This document shows, piece by piece, positions 37,897 through 50,760 of a stretch of DNA of 64,000 nucleotides. The translations under genes were made by a program, and so were the position numbers. Source of the DNA: Lama guanicoe (Eukaryota); the NCBI GenBank assembly GCA_013239625.1, contig MU053934.1, forward strand, positions 11,323,003-11,387,002, written 5' to 3'. How positions within the stretch are numbered: the stretch's first letter is position 1; the number at the start of each line of letters is the position of its first letter. The notes under the pieces were generated by a model. It was not told the origin of the DNA. It searched no databases and was given only the letters and a program-made list of their open reading frames with translations.

Positions 37897-39669
37897 GTAA
37901 GATGTCACTTACAAACCTTTTTTTAAAGCTAGGACCTTTAAATCCATGAAATACAGTTTTTTCTTGGTAGCACCTTTTATGACTGGCTCCCTGGTCAGAT
38001 TTTTCTGTTGTGTACTCTCAGCCTCCTCCTCTCCATCCTTCTTTTTTTCTCTTGTTATTTGTCTTTTTATTTGAACGAGAAGAGCTCATTCCTGCCCAGG
38101 TGTCTGTGGCGGGACAGCGTGTGTGGGCCGCCCAGGAGAAGGCCGTGCGGGGCGGCCCCCCAGGTCCGCGCGAGCAGCTGGCCTGCTCTCTCTTGCCTTG
38201 ATCGGATTGCTGTGCCTTCCGGTGACGACATCCCAGAAACTGAAAGCCATAATAATGAATGCAAGAGGCTGTGTTCCCACTTTTTTTCCTTCTCCTTGTT
38301 TCACCTGCATCAGGAGAGAAGTCAGCCCGCTTTTATGGTGACCAGCGCCCAGGACGTTTAGGGCAGGTTGTTAGTGTCTCAGAAGGCGACTGGCCCTGAG
38401 CAGGACCTCCCAGAACTCAGCGTGAGAGGACAGAGCCAGGGCTGCTCTGCCTAGCCCCGTCCTCGGTGCTGAGGAAGCAGCCTGATTGCAGGGACCAGAG
38501 CCCACTCTCCCGGAAGCTGCACGGGTGTCAGATGGCAAAGGCATGTGGGGAACAGAGCAGACAAGGGAGTAGGGAAGGCTTCCTGGAGGAGGTGAGGGCA
38601 CGGACGCCAAGGACTGAGGACAGCAGGGCAAGGAGAGCAGATACAAAGGCCGCAGCAGGGGGAGGTCTCCAGCTCCAGGTACGGCCGGCGGATGGAGTGG
38701 CTGGATGGAGGGGCTGTGGGGAGGGTTGGGAGGATGAGGTCAAGGAGCCCTGGGAGCTGCACCCAGGGCCTGGGGTCCCCGAGGCTGTCCTGGTGGTGCT
38801 GTCAGCAGAGAAGCAGCAGCTCTGACTTGGGGTTCCCGGGCTCAGTGGCTGCTGGGGGGTGTCAGGCCATGGGGAGACCAGAGCAGAAGCAGGGAGCTGG
38901 GTGGTAGGGGTCCCAGCCGTGGGGCAAGGGCCAGTGCACACGTGGAGAAAGCTCTGGAAGACCGTTCCCTGAAACAGGCCTGGACGCCAGCCCCCACCAG
39001 CGATGAAGGCCCAGGAAAGACGGAGGACAGGGAGCTGCTCCCAGAGCCAGGATGGCCTGGACCTGACGTGGGGGGCATCCATCCGTCTCCACGGCGAGCT
39101 CCCCACTTGCCAAGTGAGGGCGGCTGACGTAAAATCATAAAATGGGCCATTTGCCTTTGTTTGCCTGTAACCTTGGACTTTGCAAAACTCTCTGAGCAAC
39201 CTTCTTGAAGTTTAACTGAGCATCAGGCAAACGTCCATCTTGGTGGTGCTCTGGGCCCCAACACGGGCGCCCCTCCTCGGCCGTCAAGCCATTGCCGTCA
39301 GCTGGGCCGGGTGCGCACCCCAGCACGGGCTGGGGCGGGGCGCCCGGCTTCCCTGCTTGCTTGTGAGACTCCAGAGGCAACCTGTCTCTTCCAGGGAGAG
39401 GGAGGGAGGGCTGGAGAGATGGGCACCAGCCACGTGCGCGATGTGGCCGATGGACCACCACCTTGTTTAATCCACAGGACAGCCTTCTAGGCGGCACCGT
39501 GTGGCTCCCAGTCTGCAGAGCAGATGCAGGCTTAGAGACAGGGGCCGACTCACCCAAGGCCATGCAACTGCTGGGCAGCGTGGGAGTTACCAGTCAGGGG
39601 ACCCTGGGGGCTTCCCAGCGGAGGCTGCAGCCCTTGCCCTCCCCTCCCGGCAAAACTTCACTCACTTAC

Positions 39670-40126
39670 TGTATCAGTCAGGGATCCCCAGAGAAGCTGC
39701 CGTCTGCAGGATGGAGGCCAGGACAGGCGAGGGGGCAGTTCCAGCCCGAGCCAGAAGGCCTGAGAACTGGAGGGGTGGGTCAGTCGGGTTCGTCCCAGTG
39801 TGAGCCTGACGGCCCTAGAACCAGGAGCTCCCCTGCCCCGGGTGTCTCTGGGTGGGAGGAGACGGACATCCCAGCTCACGCAGAGAGGGAGAGAGAGAGA
39901 CAGCTTGCCTCTTCTTTGCCTTCTGTTCTATCTGGGCTCTCGGGGGATGGGATGAGCCCCCTCTCAACACACACAGATGCACAGGGTGGCACCTGCTTTA
40001 CTCCGCCCGCTACTCAAATGCCCATCTCTTCCAGAATCACCCCCAGAGACATGCCTGGATGAATGCTGGGCCAGCGGTCAGGGCACCCACGGCCAGGCAA
40101 GCTGCTCTATAAAACTAACCATCACA
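39670..40126 (-). mobile_element. MLT2 (ERVL) solo LTR
   Basis: TGTATCAGTCAGGG...GAAGGCCTGAGAAC...ATAAAACTAACCATCACA with TG...CA ends. Confidence 0.9.
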
Positions 40127-40267
40127 GCGATACAGCAGCCGAGGCCACACGTGAGGAGAAGAAAGGAACAGAAGAAGGCAGACAGCGCTGACTGGCCATC
40201 TCTGCAACCACTGGGGAAACAGTGCACTGAGAACCAGCTGAGCCTGCAGGGAGAGGCCAGGCGGCTG

Positions 40268-40597
40268 GGTGCTTCCTGAGCTGCCCACGCGGCTGAAACA
40301 CGGACGTTCACTCCCTCGGGTTCTGGAGGCTGGAATCCAGGGCGAAGGTGTCTGCAGGGCTGCTTCCTCCTGAGACCTCTCCTTGGTGTGCAGACAGACG
40401 CCTCCCGGGGTCCTCAGACCTTCCCTCTGCGTGAGACTCTGTCCAGATTTACCCCTGGTCATGTTGGACCAGGCCCCACCCTAGCGACCTCGTTTTACCT
40501 TAATTACCTCCTTAAAGATCCATCTCCACATTCAGAAGCCCTGGGCAGTCAGGGCTTCAACCCATGAATTTGGGGGCCACAATTCAGCCCCCCAGCG
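40268..40597 (-). mobile_element. MLT1A/B LTR
   Basis: GTTCTGGAGGCTGG...GACCTCGTTTTACCTTAATTACCTCCTTAAAG...GGCTTCAACCCATGAATTTGGGGG. Confidence 0.9.
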
Positions 40598-40839
40598 GCA
40601 GGCCAGTGTAAAAGGCTGACCCACGTGTGGACACTGCAGCCTCGAAGGGGGCCAGCCTGGCCTTTCCCAGGGAGGTGGGAGCCGTGCCCGGCGTGTGGAT
40701 CTGGGCCTCCCCCGGGGCAGCTCTGCTCCCATCCAGGACCTACGCTGCAGGGGCTCAGCCCAGGGCTTACTGCTCCTTGAGGGAGGAGCCAGAGGCACCC
40801 CCACAAAATGAATCCAAAACTTGTGGTGACGGGGAATTA

Positions 40840-41130
40840 AGCACAAATCCGGGAAAAGCCGGGAGTAATCCTAAAACCAGCACAGTTTTAGGAAACAGCA
40901 GTTTTCACCAAAAGAATGCATGGCATATGCTTCTATTTTTATAAAGTCAAAAAAAAAGGGCAAAATTATGCTTGTGTTTAGGGGGTGTAGACACAGGCAG
41001 CGAAACCGTAAGGGAAAACACGGACGTTACATGCAGGACACCGAGGGAGGCGGGCTAGCCTGAGCTCGGGAGGTGGCCAGCCGGGGGAGTGGCGGTGCAG
41101 ACACGTGATGGGGGTGTCCCCAGGGCTGTC
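40840..41130 (+). mobile_element. L1MC/MD-type 3' end fragment
   Basis: CAAAAGAATGCATGGCATATGCTTCTATTTTTATAAAGTCAAAAA..GGCAAAATTA. Confidence 0.65.
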
Positions 41131-41194
41131 CTGGCTCCACTTTGGAGCCCTGGGATGAGGAGGGAGGGATGAAGCAGAACCCTGCCCACCCACC

Positions 41195-41300
41195 ACGTGG
41201 GCTCTGCGACCTGGGGCAAGTCCCTGAAATCCTGTCTGACCTCCCCCATCGTTAAGGTGGGCTGTTAAGGGTTGCCGTGACAACCAGAGGAGATGCTGGA
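41195..41300 (+). mobile_element. MIR fragment
   Basis: CTGCGACCTGGGGCAAGTCCCTGAA..GGGTTGCCGTGA. Confidence 0.6.
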
Positions 41301-41321
41301 TTCAGAGACGGATGATTACGG

Positions 41322-41734
41322 TGTGGTGTGGATCGGACTGTGCCGCCAGAAAGATGTGCTGAAGTTCTGACCCCTGCCCGGCCCCATGAATGTGGTCTTG
41401 TACGGCCTTTGCAGCTGTGCCTGAGTTAAGATCTGGTCACATCGGAGCAGGGAGGGCACTCAGCACAGGCTGGGGTCCTCATGGGGGAGGGAGGCGTGGA
41501 GGCGCAGAGACGTGGGGGAGGCCACGTGCACGGATGCAGAGGTGGACGGTGTGGCCACCAGCCAAGGGGCCCCCGGAGGAGGCAGGAAGGACCCCCACCC
41601 CGAGCCGCTGGAGGGACGAGGGCTCCGCCCACAGCTTGAGACCTCTGGCCTCCAGAACCAAGAGCCAGTAAACGCCCATTGTCACACTCCCCCAGTCCGT
41701 GGTATGTCGCTTCGCTGCCCTTGGAGACCAATAC
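41322..41734 (+). mobile_element. MLT1C-like LTR
   Basis: AAAGATGTGCTGAAGTTCTGACCCC...CTTTGCAGCTGTG...CTGGCCTCCAGAAC...AGTCCGTGGTAT. Confidence 0.85.
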
Positions 41735-41799
41735 GTCCTCATCTCTCTGGACTTGCCCGTCGTGAGCAAAACCTGTCTCCTGTCTGCTGTAGACTCTCC

Positions 41800-41862
41800 G
41801 CCCCAGCTTGGTCCAGGCGCACAGTAGGCATTTAATCAGTGTTTGCCGGATGAATGGATGAG
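41800..41862 (+). mobile_element. L2 3' tail
   Basis: GGCGCACAGTAGGCATTTAATCAGTGTTTGCCGGATGAATGGATGA. Confidence 0.65.
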
Positions 41863-41879
41863 CGTAGGCACCTCGGTCA

Positions 41880-42390
41880 CCTGTGTGACGAAGCCTTGTT
41901 CGGTGCCGCTAATAGAAATGCGTCCCGTCACTTAGAATGTGGAGACAGCCCCCCTGTGCCCACATGGACCCGCCGGCCCCTTTCTGTAGCAGTGAATGAG
42001 GCCACCGTGAGCACGTTCACCTGTAAGCACCCCGCCCGCAGCGCGGAGCCACTCCCTTGCGGGAAGACAGGCAGGAGATGGCAGGCGGATGGCACAACAG
42101 CTCCGTGTGTCCTCACGGGCGCCGGGCCGGCAGGCTCGCAGTCCAGGGGCGCGGGGCCCGTCAGAAGCCCCCGGCCCCGGCCCCGGGGCGGGAGGGCTGC
42201 TGTTCCCACGCCGCCGCCCAGACCAGGCTGGGATTAGCTTCTCTTTAATCCTTGCCAACTTGCTCAGCAGAGAAAGGTATCAACCCTTCTAGGTTTCAAT
42301 TTGCATGTCTTTGATTCCGACTGAGTTTGAACATCTTTTCATATGTTTATTGGCCATTTACGTAAATGGGCCCTTCACATTCATGAAGCC
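41880..42390 (-). mobile_element. L1ME 3' region
   Basis: TTTCAATTTGCATGTCTTTGATT..GAGTTTGAACATCTTTTCATATGTTTATTGGCCATTT. Confidence 0.75.
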
Positions 42391-44279
42391 GCTTAAGATG
42401 CTGGGCTGCCTTCTACTTGGGGGCGATGAGGCCCAGGCTGGGGCAGGAGGAGGGCTGGTGAGGGCTCGCCGTGGGCGCTGTGCTTTGCATGGCGTCCGGC
42501 CCCTCAAGGATGCCGCGCCCTGTCCCTGCTCCTTCGCGCTCCCTGAGCAGCCTCTCTGGGCTCCGCCCTCCATGGCTGGTGACAGCAGGCTGGCAGGGCC
42601 TCAGCTCCCAGAGATCTGCATGTTAACAGGGAACTCCGCTCCAGGCTGAAGATTTAAAGACTACAACCTGAGCTCTGGGGGCACAGCTCAGAGCCTTTCA
42701 AAGCCAAACTAGCCACAAGCACACACTTGCTGGTTAGTGCTCTTCAGTGCCTCCCAGCCCCTGCCTGTCCCCTCCCCGGGAATGAGCGGGCCAACAGGGA
42801 GTGATTCCCTGGCATTGAAGTCACAGCAGCATCCTCCCCACCCCCCCCCTCCCAGGTGCCCAAGTGCAGAGGGCTCCCGCCCCAGTGCCCGTTCCCAGAG
42901 GTGTGCCAGGTGCGGGGCTGGGACCCAGGCCGCCTCTGGCCCTCTCTGGGGCTTCCCTCGGGATGCCCCCCCCACCCCGTCTAAACCATCCCTGAGGTCA
43001 GCCAGCCCCAGTAGCCCACCTAAACCCAGCTGGCTTCCCTTCACCTTCGGTCTCCATTCTACCAGCTAAATTAGTTTACATTTTCTGTTTTATTTTCTGG
43101 TGAGTCACACCGAGCTCATTAAGTGGGAGACAGAACTTTTCATAAAACATGTAGCAGAGTCTCAGATGATTAATTCCAAAATCAAAAAAAAAATAATAAT
43201 CAGGCGATGAAATGCATTGTCTGCGCATAAAACTCACCTAGTGGCTGAGGATGGTGGGTTTACAGCTGCCGGGCCAGAGGACAGGGCCTGTCTCTGGAGC
43301 TGACCTTACCCGTCCGGCTGGGCCCTCGGCCATCCTGGAGGACTTGCTCCCGGAGAAACCTGCCCAGTGGCCTCTGCGAGTGTCAGGCCCTGACCCGACT
43401 AGGTGGACCCGGCCCCTGTGGGGAACGTGCAGGTCCTGAGGTCCCCCCTCACCTGCTCCTTCACGTTGGTCCTGGGGACACAGCTGTGGGTGTTTCAACA
43501 AGACCCGGGTTGGACCGCCATTCCCGGCTGGAGACCATGGTGAGGGCCAAGGAGGTGGTTCTCAAACCATCAGGGGGTTGATAACACACAGATGCCCAGC
43601 TGCAGCTCAAAGCCCCCACTTCCCAGGTCTGCTGGGGCAGGAGCTCTGCATGGCCCGCAACCCTGGGGGGCCAGCAGCCCTCTGGGCTACATCTGGGGAG
43701 CTGGGCAGGTACATGGAGGTGGGCGCGAGGCTGGGTCTTCCTGTCTGCTCCTCTGGTGATGACCTGTCCCACTGGGGGGGCCTCAGATCAGAAAAGAGCT
43801 TTGCTGTCTGTGTGGGGCATCCCCAAGGGGCTACCTGTGCTGTCAAACGTCCTGATCTCAGGAAACGCACACTGGCTCAGGAAACAGCGTGTGCATGTGC
43901 GTGTGTGCGTGCATGTGCACCTGCGTGCTCAGAAGACCCTGCATGGAGGGGAGGGCTCACCTGTGGCCCTGGAATGACCCTCCTAACCCCGGGGAGCGCA
44001 CTGCACTTCTTCCTATGGTCGCTGCAAATCTTCTATAAGCTTGAAATTATTTCCGATACAAAATCAACCAATAAAATCAACCTGGCAGGTGCACCTCGTG
44101 TTGGGCGGGTACGGGTGTGTGGTCCTCTGGGTTTGGGTGCCAGCCTCTCGACCTGACTCCCAGGGTCGGGGGGCAGTGGGAAAGGGCCGGTGACCCCCTG
44201 ACTATTCCAACCTCCCCCACCTGAGACCTTCCCTCCCGGCGTTGGATCTGCAGCCCCCTCCTCCCCCGCCCGGCCCTCC

Positions 44280-44547
44280 AGCCCAAAGTCACACACTGGA
44301 GCCCTGACCTCCAGTGGGGTGATTAAGGTGAAATGGGGTTGTGGGGTGGGGCCCTGGTCCTATGGGATGGAGCCCCTATAAGAAAAGGAAGAGACCAGAG
44401 CTCGCTGTCTGCACACCAGGACAGGCATCCTCACCAGACACCAACCCCGCTGACACCCTGACCTTGGATTTCGGGCCTCCAGGGCGTCTGTGCTTGAAGC
44501 CACCTGGTCTATGGCATTTGTTACGGTGGCCTGAGCTGACTGAGACA
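44280..44547 (+). mobile_element. MLT1A LTR
   Basis: GTGATTAAGGTGAAATG..GGTGGGGCCCTG..TATAAGAAAAGGAAGAGACCAGAG..GGTCTATGGCATTTGTTACGGTGGCCTGAGCTGACTGAGACA. Confidence 0.9.
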
Positions 44548-44749
44548 GGCATGAGCCCCAGATTCTGTCCTGGCCTCACTCTGCACCAGGACTTCCCGCC
44601 TGCAGACACAAACACACAAACATGAATTGCCTTTGGGGTTGAGGATCTTCCGAAAGCATCCACAGAATCAGGGGTGTGGGCGCACAGCATTTACCATAAC
44701 CCACGGGCACCCCCACCCCAGTGGGAGAGGCTGGCCCCTTGGCACCTCC

Positions 44750-44950
44750 GGAGGGACTTCCTCCTGCTCCACTCATCAGCTGGGAACGCCAGACCCTCCC
44801 CTGGACCCCGGCAGGGGACCCCGCCCCAGTGAATCCCAAACCCAGTGCGTCGCCTCCCCAAACCTGCTCTGCCCTCCGCAGGCCCGTTTCTGTGAATGGC
44901 GCCCCACTCACCCAGGAGCCCAGGCCAGACGCTGTGAGTCCGCCTGTATC
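44750..44950 (+). mobile_element. L2 fragment
   Basis: CCCCAAACCTGCTCTGCCCTCC..TCTGTGAATGGCGCCCCACTCACCCAGGAGCCCAGGCCAGA. Confidence 0.7.
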
Positions 44951-47449
44951 TCTGAGCTGGGGAGTCGTCCTCAGGGACAGAGCGGTTTCCAGCCTTCTTT
45001 CCTTTCGCCTGTGTCCACAGGGGAGTCCCAGGCACTGTGGGCAGTTAGAAATCTGCAGAGTCACAGGGATGTGTAACCAGGTGACGGAGGTGTGCCGGGG
45101 CCGGGAGGGGCTGGGGGGCTCGGTCTGCAGGGGAGGGCTGGGCCACCTGACCCACAGGGGAAGGTGTCGGTGGAGGAGGAACCCCCTCCCAGGGAGAGCA
45201 ACTTTGGGCAGAAGTCCAGCTGGAGAGGAGGGGGCCGAGCAGCCGGGAGGGCAGCCTGGGGACCGGGCAGCCCCTCTGCCCACGTGCTCGGAGTTTCCCT
45301 GAGGGGAGGACCCGCTCCTCTGCCAGGAGTCACATGATTGTCCCTAAACACCTGCTGTCACCGCAAATTCCCTGCTGTGGTTTCCTGCATCAGATTCAGG
45401 CCGGGGGTGTTGAAGCCTCGGCTGCCCCCCGGGACTCCTGCCCCCGGCCGTGGGCGCTCACCCATCAGGGTAGATCCTGTGGGAGGCAGCCAGCCAGCCG
45501 GTCATGTAGTTTGACCCCTAGTTCTGGTTCGGGTAGAGGCTGGGAAGCCCATCAGGCGCCCAGACCCCGCACTGGGCAGCCGCGTCAGTGTTCAGCCCAG
45601 AGTCCCAGGAAGCAGGGCTGCAGGTGGCCGGATGCTTGGACCCAGAGGAGAGGGAGGAGCCTGCCAGACGTTAATGAGGGCGCTCTGCTGGGCCTGGGGT
45701 GTCTCTCCAGCCTCAGGACAAGCCGGGCAGCGCGGGCGGGGACGACTGGAGGAGGATGGCTCTGGTGGCAGTGCCGGTGTCCAGCTTGGTGGACTGTGGC
45801 CAGGAGGTGATCCCAGCTCATTACCCACAAGCACAGGAGGAAGGGCCAGATATGGATTTTCCTTAATCGTACGTGGGCAGGCCTTGCCTCCCATGCAGAC
45901 TGACAGTGAACCACTTACAGAAGCTCCCAGGGCGGCTGGTGGGGAGCAGAGGGGCCCCACACGGACCACTCCTCCAGGAGGGGACCCGTCTTCTCTGTCT
46001 CCCACTTCTGCGGTCCGTTTAACAGCCTAAGTGGCCAGTATGAATTAGCTGTGCTGAATAGCTTCCCGGCCTCAGCAGGGGCCTGACCTGCAGAACGGAA
46101 GGTATGGGTGCTGAGAAGATGGAGGAGGAGGGCCAGCGGTCTGGGGGTGGGGGTGACTCTGAGTCTCAGGCCGGGTCAGAGGAAGCCACAGGCCATCTCC
46201 CCCAGGCCGAGTGGGGCTCAGGCAGCAAGATGCTCGAGGCCTCGCCCAGTCTTGGGGTGGGTAGCAACCTCCCAAGGCACCCCTCCTGTAAGGTGGGTCC
46301 AGGCACGCAGGAGCGGGGGGACTGGGAGACGAGGGGGGCGGGCTCTGGTGACACAGGGGCCCCGGCTCCATCCCCACCGCAGCCCCCTTAGGGTGGTGGG
46401 TGGTCTCTCTGCCCCCCTTCCCCTCCCTGGCATCCCTGCAGGATGCTTCCAGGTCCTTCACCACCCCCGCTGCCCTGCCCACTTCATCACGTGAATAAAG
46501 TGCAGCTGGCTTGGGCCCTGGGAAGACCCTGCAGTGAGACCCCAGACTGGACCCGGAGTCCACCCTTGAGGAGCGGGCTGTCTGCCCAGCCTACGTGTGA
46601 CCCCGACAGGCCCCAGAGATGCTGGGGGTGCCTGCCCTCTCGGCCTGGGCGCTCAGGGCAGGATTTTAGAAGGAGGGGAGGCGCCTGGAGGGTGAGGGGG
46701 CTTCGCCCCTGAGCAGCCAGGAGGCGGGACAGACAGCACGAGCCAAGCTCTGGAACCAGGAACCAAAGGAGTAAAGTGGGAGCCGAGGGTGTGGGAGGGC
46801 CCAGCCGGCTCCGTGGTGGGGGGCCCGGAGCTGGCAGGGGAGGGACTGGGATCCAGGGTGCTGCTTGTGACAGAGGAGCGATGGGAAAGCACTGACATTT
46901 CAGAGAAAGTCTGGCTTCAGGGCGGACAAACTGGAAGGGACAGGGCAGGGAGGCCAGGAGGGCGCGGGGAAGCGGGGGTCCCACTGGGGCGGGGGCTGCC
47001 GGGACGACAGAAAAGACAGAAGGCTTCTGCAGACGGCGGTGCTGTTACATCGCACCTTTGCTTTGATTTTAAGGAACAGACCAGTTTTGCTTTCTAAACG
47101 GGGTTTAGATTTAGAGGACAATCGCGAAGCTAGTGCAGAGTCCCGTGCACCCACGCCCAGTTCCTCCAGCTTCCTGCATCAGTGGGTGCGCTTGTCACGG
47201 TGAACGAATGCCCTGCGTTATGTTACCGCATCAGGGCCTTATTATTAAAGTCGGCACATTATTCAAAATCCCCTGGCCGTCACGCAGCGCCCCTTCTCTG
47301 TCCAGGCCCCACACGGCGCGCAGGCACCCTGTCCCCTTGGGCGCCTCCAGCTGCGCCCGCTCCTAGCTCCCCTTGCTTCCGTGACCTTGGCTGTCTGGGA
47401 TCAGGGCGGGCGCCCTGCCGAGCGCGCCTCTGCTGGGCCCGTCTGGCGT

Positions 47450-48450
47450 TCTCCTTCTTGGCCTCATCGTCATCTTGGAAGGAGACGCACCAAGGGTGCA
47501 CACTGTCACGGTGATTTATCGCGGCGTGCTGGCCCGTCAGCTGGCGGAGGCGCGCGTGACAGGCGTCCCCGCTGTAAGGGGCCTCCTTTCTCCCCTCCCG
47601 CTCCTGCCCTCCTCGGAAGGAAGCTGGTGCAGCCCAGGGTCAGGGTGCTGCGCCCCTGCTCTGCCATGGCGGAGGGCCTGCTGCGTTATCCGGGGTCCTT
47701 CAGCGTTCTGTCTCTTCTCTCTCACTTACGTCCTCCGACCTTTCTTTACCTCGGTGTGGCGGCCTGGAGACTGCCGCAGGCTTCCGGGTGCAGCCCTGCG
47801 CCGCTGGGCCTTGTCCTTGAAGGGCCCAGCTCCGACCTCCGGGCCCCTCAGGTCTGCTCTGCCCCTTGACCTGCCCTCACCATGGGCTCCCTTCCCTCCC
47901 TCCTCCCGCTCCTCCTTAAAGGATTGTTCCCGTTGCTTGCCCCTGAGACTTCTAAGCCACGGGAGGTGCACTGTGGCTGCTTTTCCACGGAAGCCCCGAA
48001 ACCCTCGGTCTTTATCTCCCCGGCCTGCGGAGGCTCCTGGAGCCGCACTTGCCTTCCCGGCTTCCTTCGCTGCGGAATTCTGCTTGTGTTCTCAGCCTCT
48101 CGCCCACGGGCCCAGGAGCTCTCAGACCAGTCGGTGCCTTGAGGGGCGTTGTGTGTAGAGTTCCAGGCTCACTTCCGTCCCGCTCTTTCCTCTGGGATTT
48201 TTGGAGCCCCGGTCCTGGCATCTCAGCTGACCTGAGTTCCCGCTCTCTCTCCCCGGCCCAGGGGTGCCCTGGCACAGCCTCGGTGCCGCTTGGGATCTGC
48301 TTTCTCCCCCACAGGCTGGCTTGCCAGCTGCCCGAGGAGGAGGAGCAGTGACAAGTGCAGGGTCACCCAGGGGGTGTCCCTGTGTGAGGGGACTCTGCTC
48401 CTTAGATCCCGGCGGTCTCGCTTGCTCTTTGATGCCTCCTAACAGCCTTT
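47450..48450 (-). mobile_element. GC-shifted L1M ORF1 remnant
   Basis: Pyrimidine-rich + strand with an antisense-L1 pattern (CAGCGTTCTGTCTCTTCTCTCTC, TTCTGCTTGTGTTCTCAG); heavily diverged. Confidence 0.45.
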
Positions 48451-48459
48451 GTAAAGACC

Positions 48460-48797
48460 TTCATCACATGGTGTCACTTGCATGTGGAATCTAAAAAAAG
48501 GAGACAAATGAACAAAACAGAGACAGACTCACAGACACAGAAAACAGACTTATGGTTACCAGCGGGGAAAGGAGGTGGGGAAGGATAAACTGGGAGCTCT
48601 GCATTTGCAGATCCAAACTACTATACAGATAAACAGCAAGGTCCTACTGCGCAGCACAGGGAGCTGTATTCAGTATCTTGTGGTGACCTATAATGAGAGA
48701 GAACAGGAAAAGGAACATGTGTATGTACACATACACCCGAATCGCTAAGCTGGACACCAGAAAGCAGCACATTGTGAGCCGACATTAATCTGCAGAA
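48460..48797 (+). mobile_element. Cetartiodactyl L1 3' end (L1_Art-like)
   Basis: TCACTTGCATGTGGAATCTAAAAAAA..AACAGAGACAGACTCACAGAC..TATGGTTACCAG..GATAAACAGCAAGGTCCTACTG. Confidence 0.9.
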
Positions 48798-49209
48798 GGG
48801 ATTTCTGCCCCTTGCCCCAGGGGGCTGTCCTGTCTCCCCACCCCGACTGTTCTGTGGTGTTCTTGGCCCCCACGCCCGCCCCCCGACCCCCAGCAGGTGA
48901 GCCCCTTCCTCCAGCTCAGTGTCTGAGGCGCTGACCGTGGTGCCGAGGACTCAGCGAGCAAGGAGGTCCCGGTGTCCAGGCGGAGGGCAGGTCGGCAGCG
49001 GGAGGGGGAGCCTGTGGACTGGCCTCACAGCTCCACACGTGAGGAAGCAGAGTAGGCAGTGTGACGAGATGGGTCGGGGCGCCTTGCCCACAGCGAGATC
49101 TGGGTTGAAACCCGAGGGCTGGGCGGGAGCTGCACCTGGGGGTCACCTGGCAGAGGGTCAGGGTGGGCACCAGCATGATGATACCCCAGGGCGTGGAGGG
49201 ATGTGACGA

Positions 49210-49480
49210 GCTCTGGGGCAGGTGGGGTCAGCTCCGATGGGGCTCGAACACCGTGGGGCAGGATGTGGACGGGCTCAGCCTGCGGCTGGAGTCATCAGAC
49301 TTACATTATGGCGTTTAAGAGAAGTTGTTACTGTGGGAAGATGGTCTGCAGCGCAGAGCAAGGCCATCCAGGGTAAGTGGGGGGCCAGGGCAGCGCCCAG
49401 GTGAGAGCACATGGGGGCTTGAGGAGGGAGGTAGGGGTGGGGGTGAAGGGAAGAGAGGAGCTATGGCTGCTCTTGGAGGA
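49210..49480 (-). mobile_element. L2 fragment
   Basis: CCAGGTGAGAGCACATGGGGGCTTGAGGAGGGAGGTAGGGGTGG purine-rich L2 pattern. Confidence 0.45.
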
Positions 49481-50469
49481 AGCGTCCCCAGGGCTCCTGG
49501 GAGGGCTGGACGGGGGAGCAGGAGGGGGGTGAGAACGCTCCCAGTCAGAGTCAGCAGCACCGCTGTCGGAGAAACGGGGGAACGTGCTTTGGGGGCCGGG
49601 AGGGCGGGGAGTCTGTGCCCTCTAGTCTGGAATGTCACTGGACACACACATGGAGATCTATCCTCAGGGATAGTGTTTGATCAGGAATGCAGCTCCATGC
49701 GACCCTTAGCGCCCACGGCCTGGGCCCTCCAGGTCACAGGGGACCCCCGAGCAGGGCGGGAGCGGGAAGTGCGACCACGGGGCTCGCGCGACCCGTGGGA
49801 CAGGAAGCGTCCCTCTCCAGCGTCACTAACCTGTTAGGGAAAGCGCCAGGCTCCTTTTCCTCTCGACGGCCGCTGGCAATCGGTTCTCCACAGCTGCCAG
49901 GCACCAGCAGACGGCTGTGTTATGTCTGTGCGGAGACCTACTCGGGGTTCGGGGGAGAGGCCCGGGAGGATTAGGGGTTCTGGGTCCAGGCTGCCGGCGG
50001 GAGAACACAACCACCTCCGTCTGCACTCGGGGGTCAGAAAACCGTGGGAAGGGACGTGGGCCGGTGTGCTTGGCAACCTCAGCAGAGTCTGCAGCTGAAG
50101 GTGGAGCAGAGCGGGGGCTGCGAGGACAGAGGGGAGCTGGGCTACCAGGAGGGACCTGCCCCCATGGGTGCCCCGGTGGGGGGTGGGGAGAGCTCAGGGG
50201 AGGGGCCTGACTTCAGAGGAGCAGGGAACCTGGGATGGGCACGTGGGGCCCTGCCCGTGAGGAGGTGTTGGTGCAAAGGAGGGGGATGGCTGACGGCCTG
50301 TGTAGCCATGAGAAAGAGCAGGTGGGCAGTGGTGCTTGACCCCAGGAGGCCAGCAGAAGCCGTCCCCACCGCAGCGAGAACTGGGCGGGGGGGTGGGCCA
50401 TCACCTCCCCAAACTGTGCTGGACTGAAAGGCTGATGCAGGCCAGGCTCTGGGAGTGCGACCCCTGCTA

Positions 50470-50760
50470 AGAAACGAGAGGATTTATGGCCAAGGAGCTT
50501 CGGGACCCCCGACACAGGAGCCAGAAGACCGTGTGGAATGGTTCTGAGGTAAGGGATCTGGGGGACCTGGGGTTACATAAGAAGAGTTTATCCACATGGA
50601 GACCATTCCTGAAATGCAGGGCTGAGCCGGACCAGGACATCGGGAGGCAGGGTGGCCATGGTGCCAGGATGACCCCTGGACGCTTGGAGAAGTCAGCACG
50701 GATTTCCAGGGAGGCGGAAGTGCCCGCATGGACCCTGTTGGAGCAGGGGGCCTGGGGAGC
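50470..50760 (+). mobile_element. ERVL-class (HERV16/ERV3-16A3-like) gag relic
   Basis: Frameshifted pieces AKELRD / QEPEDRVEWF / EEFIHM / PLDAWRS / EAEVP follow the order of ERVL Gag KELQD..QEPGE..WDWIL..GEFIDL..LLEAWRK..EVEMP. Confidence 0.55.
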
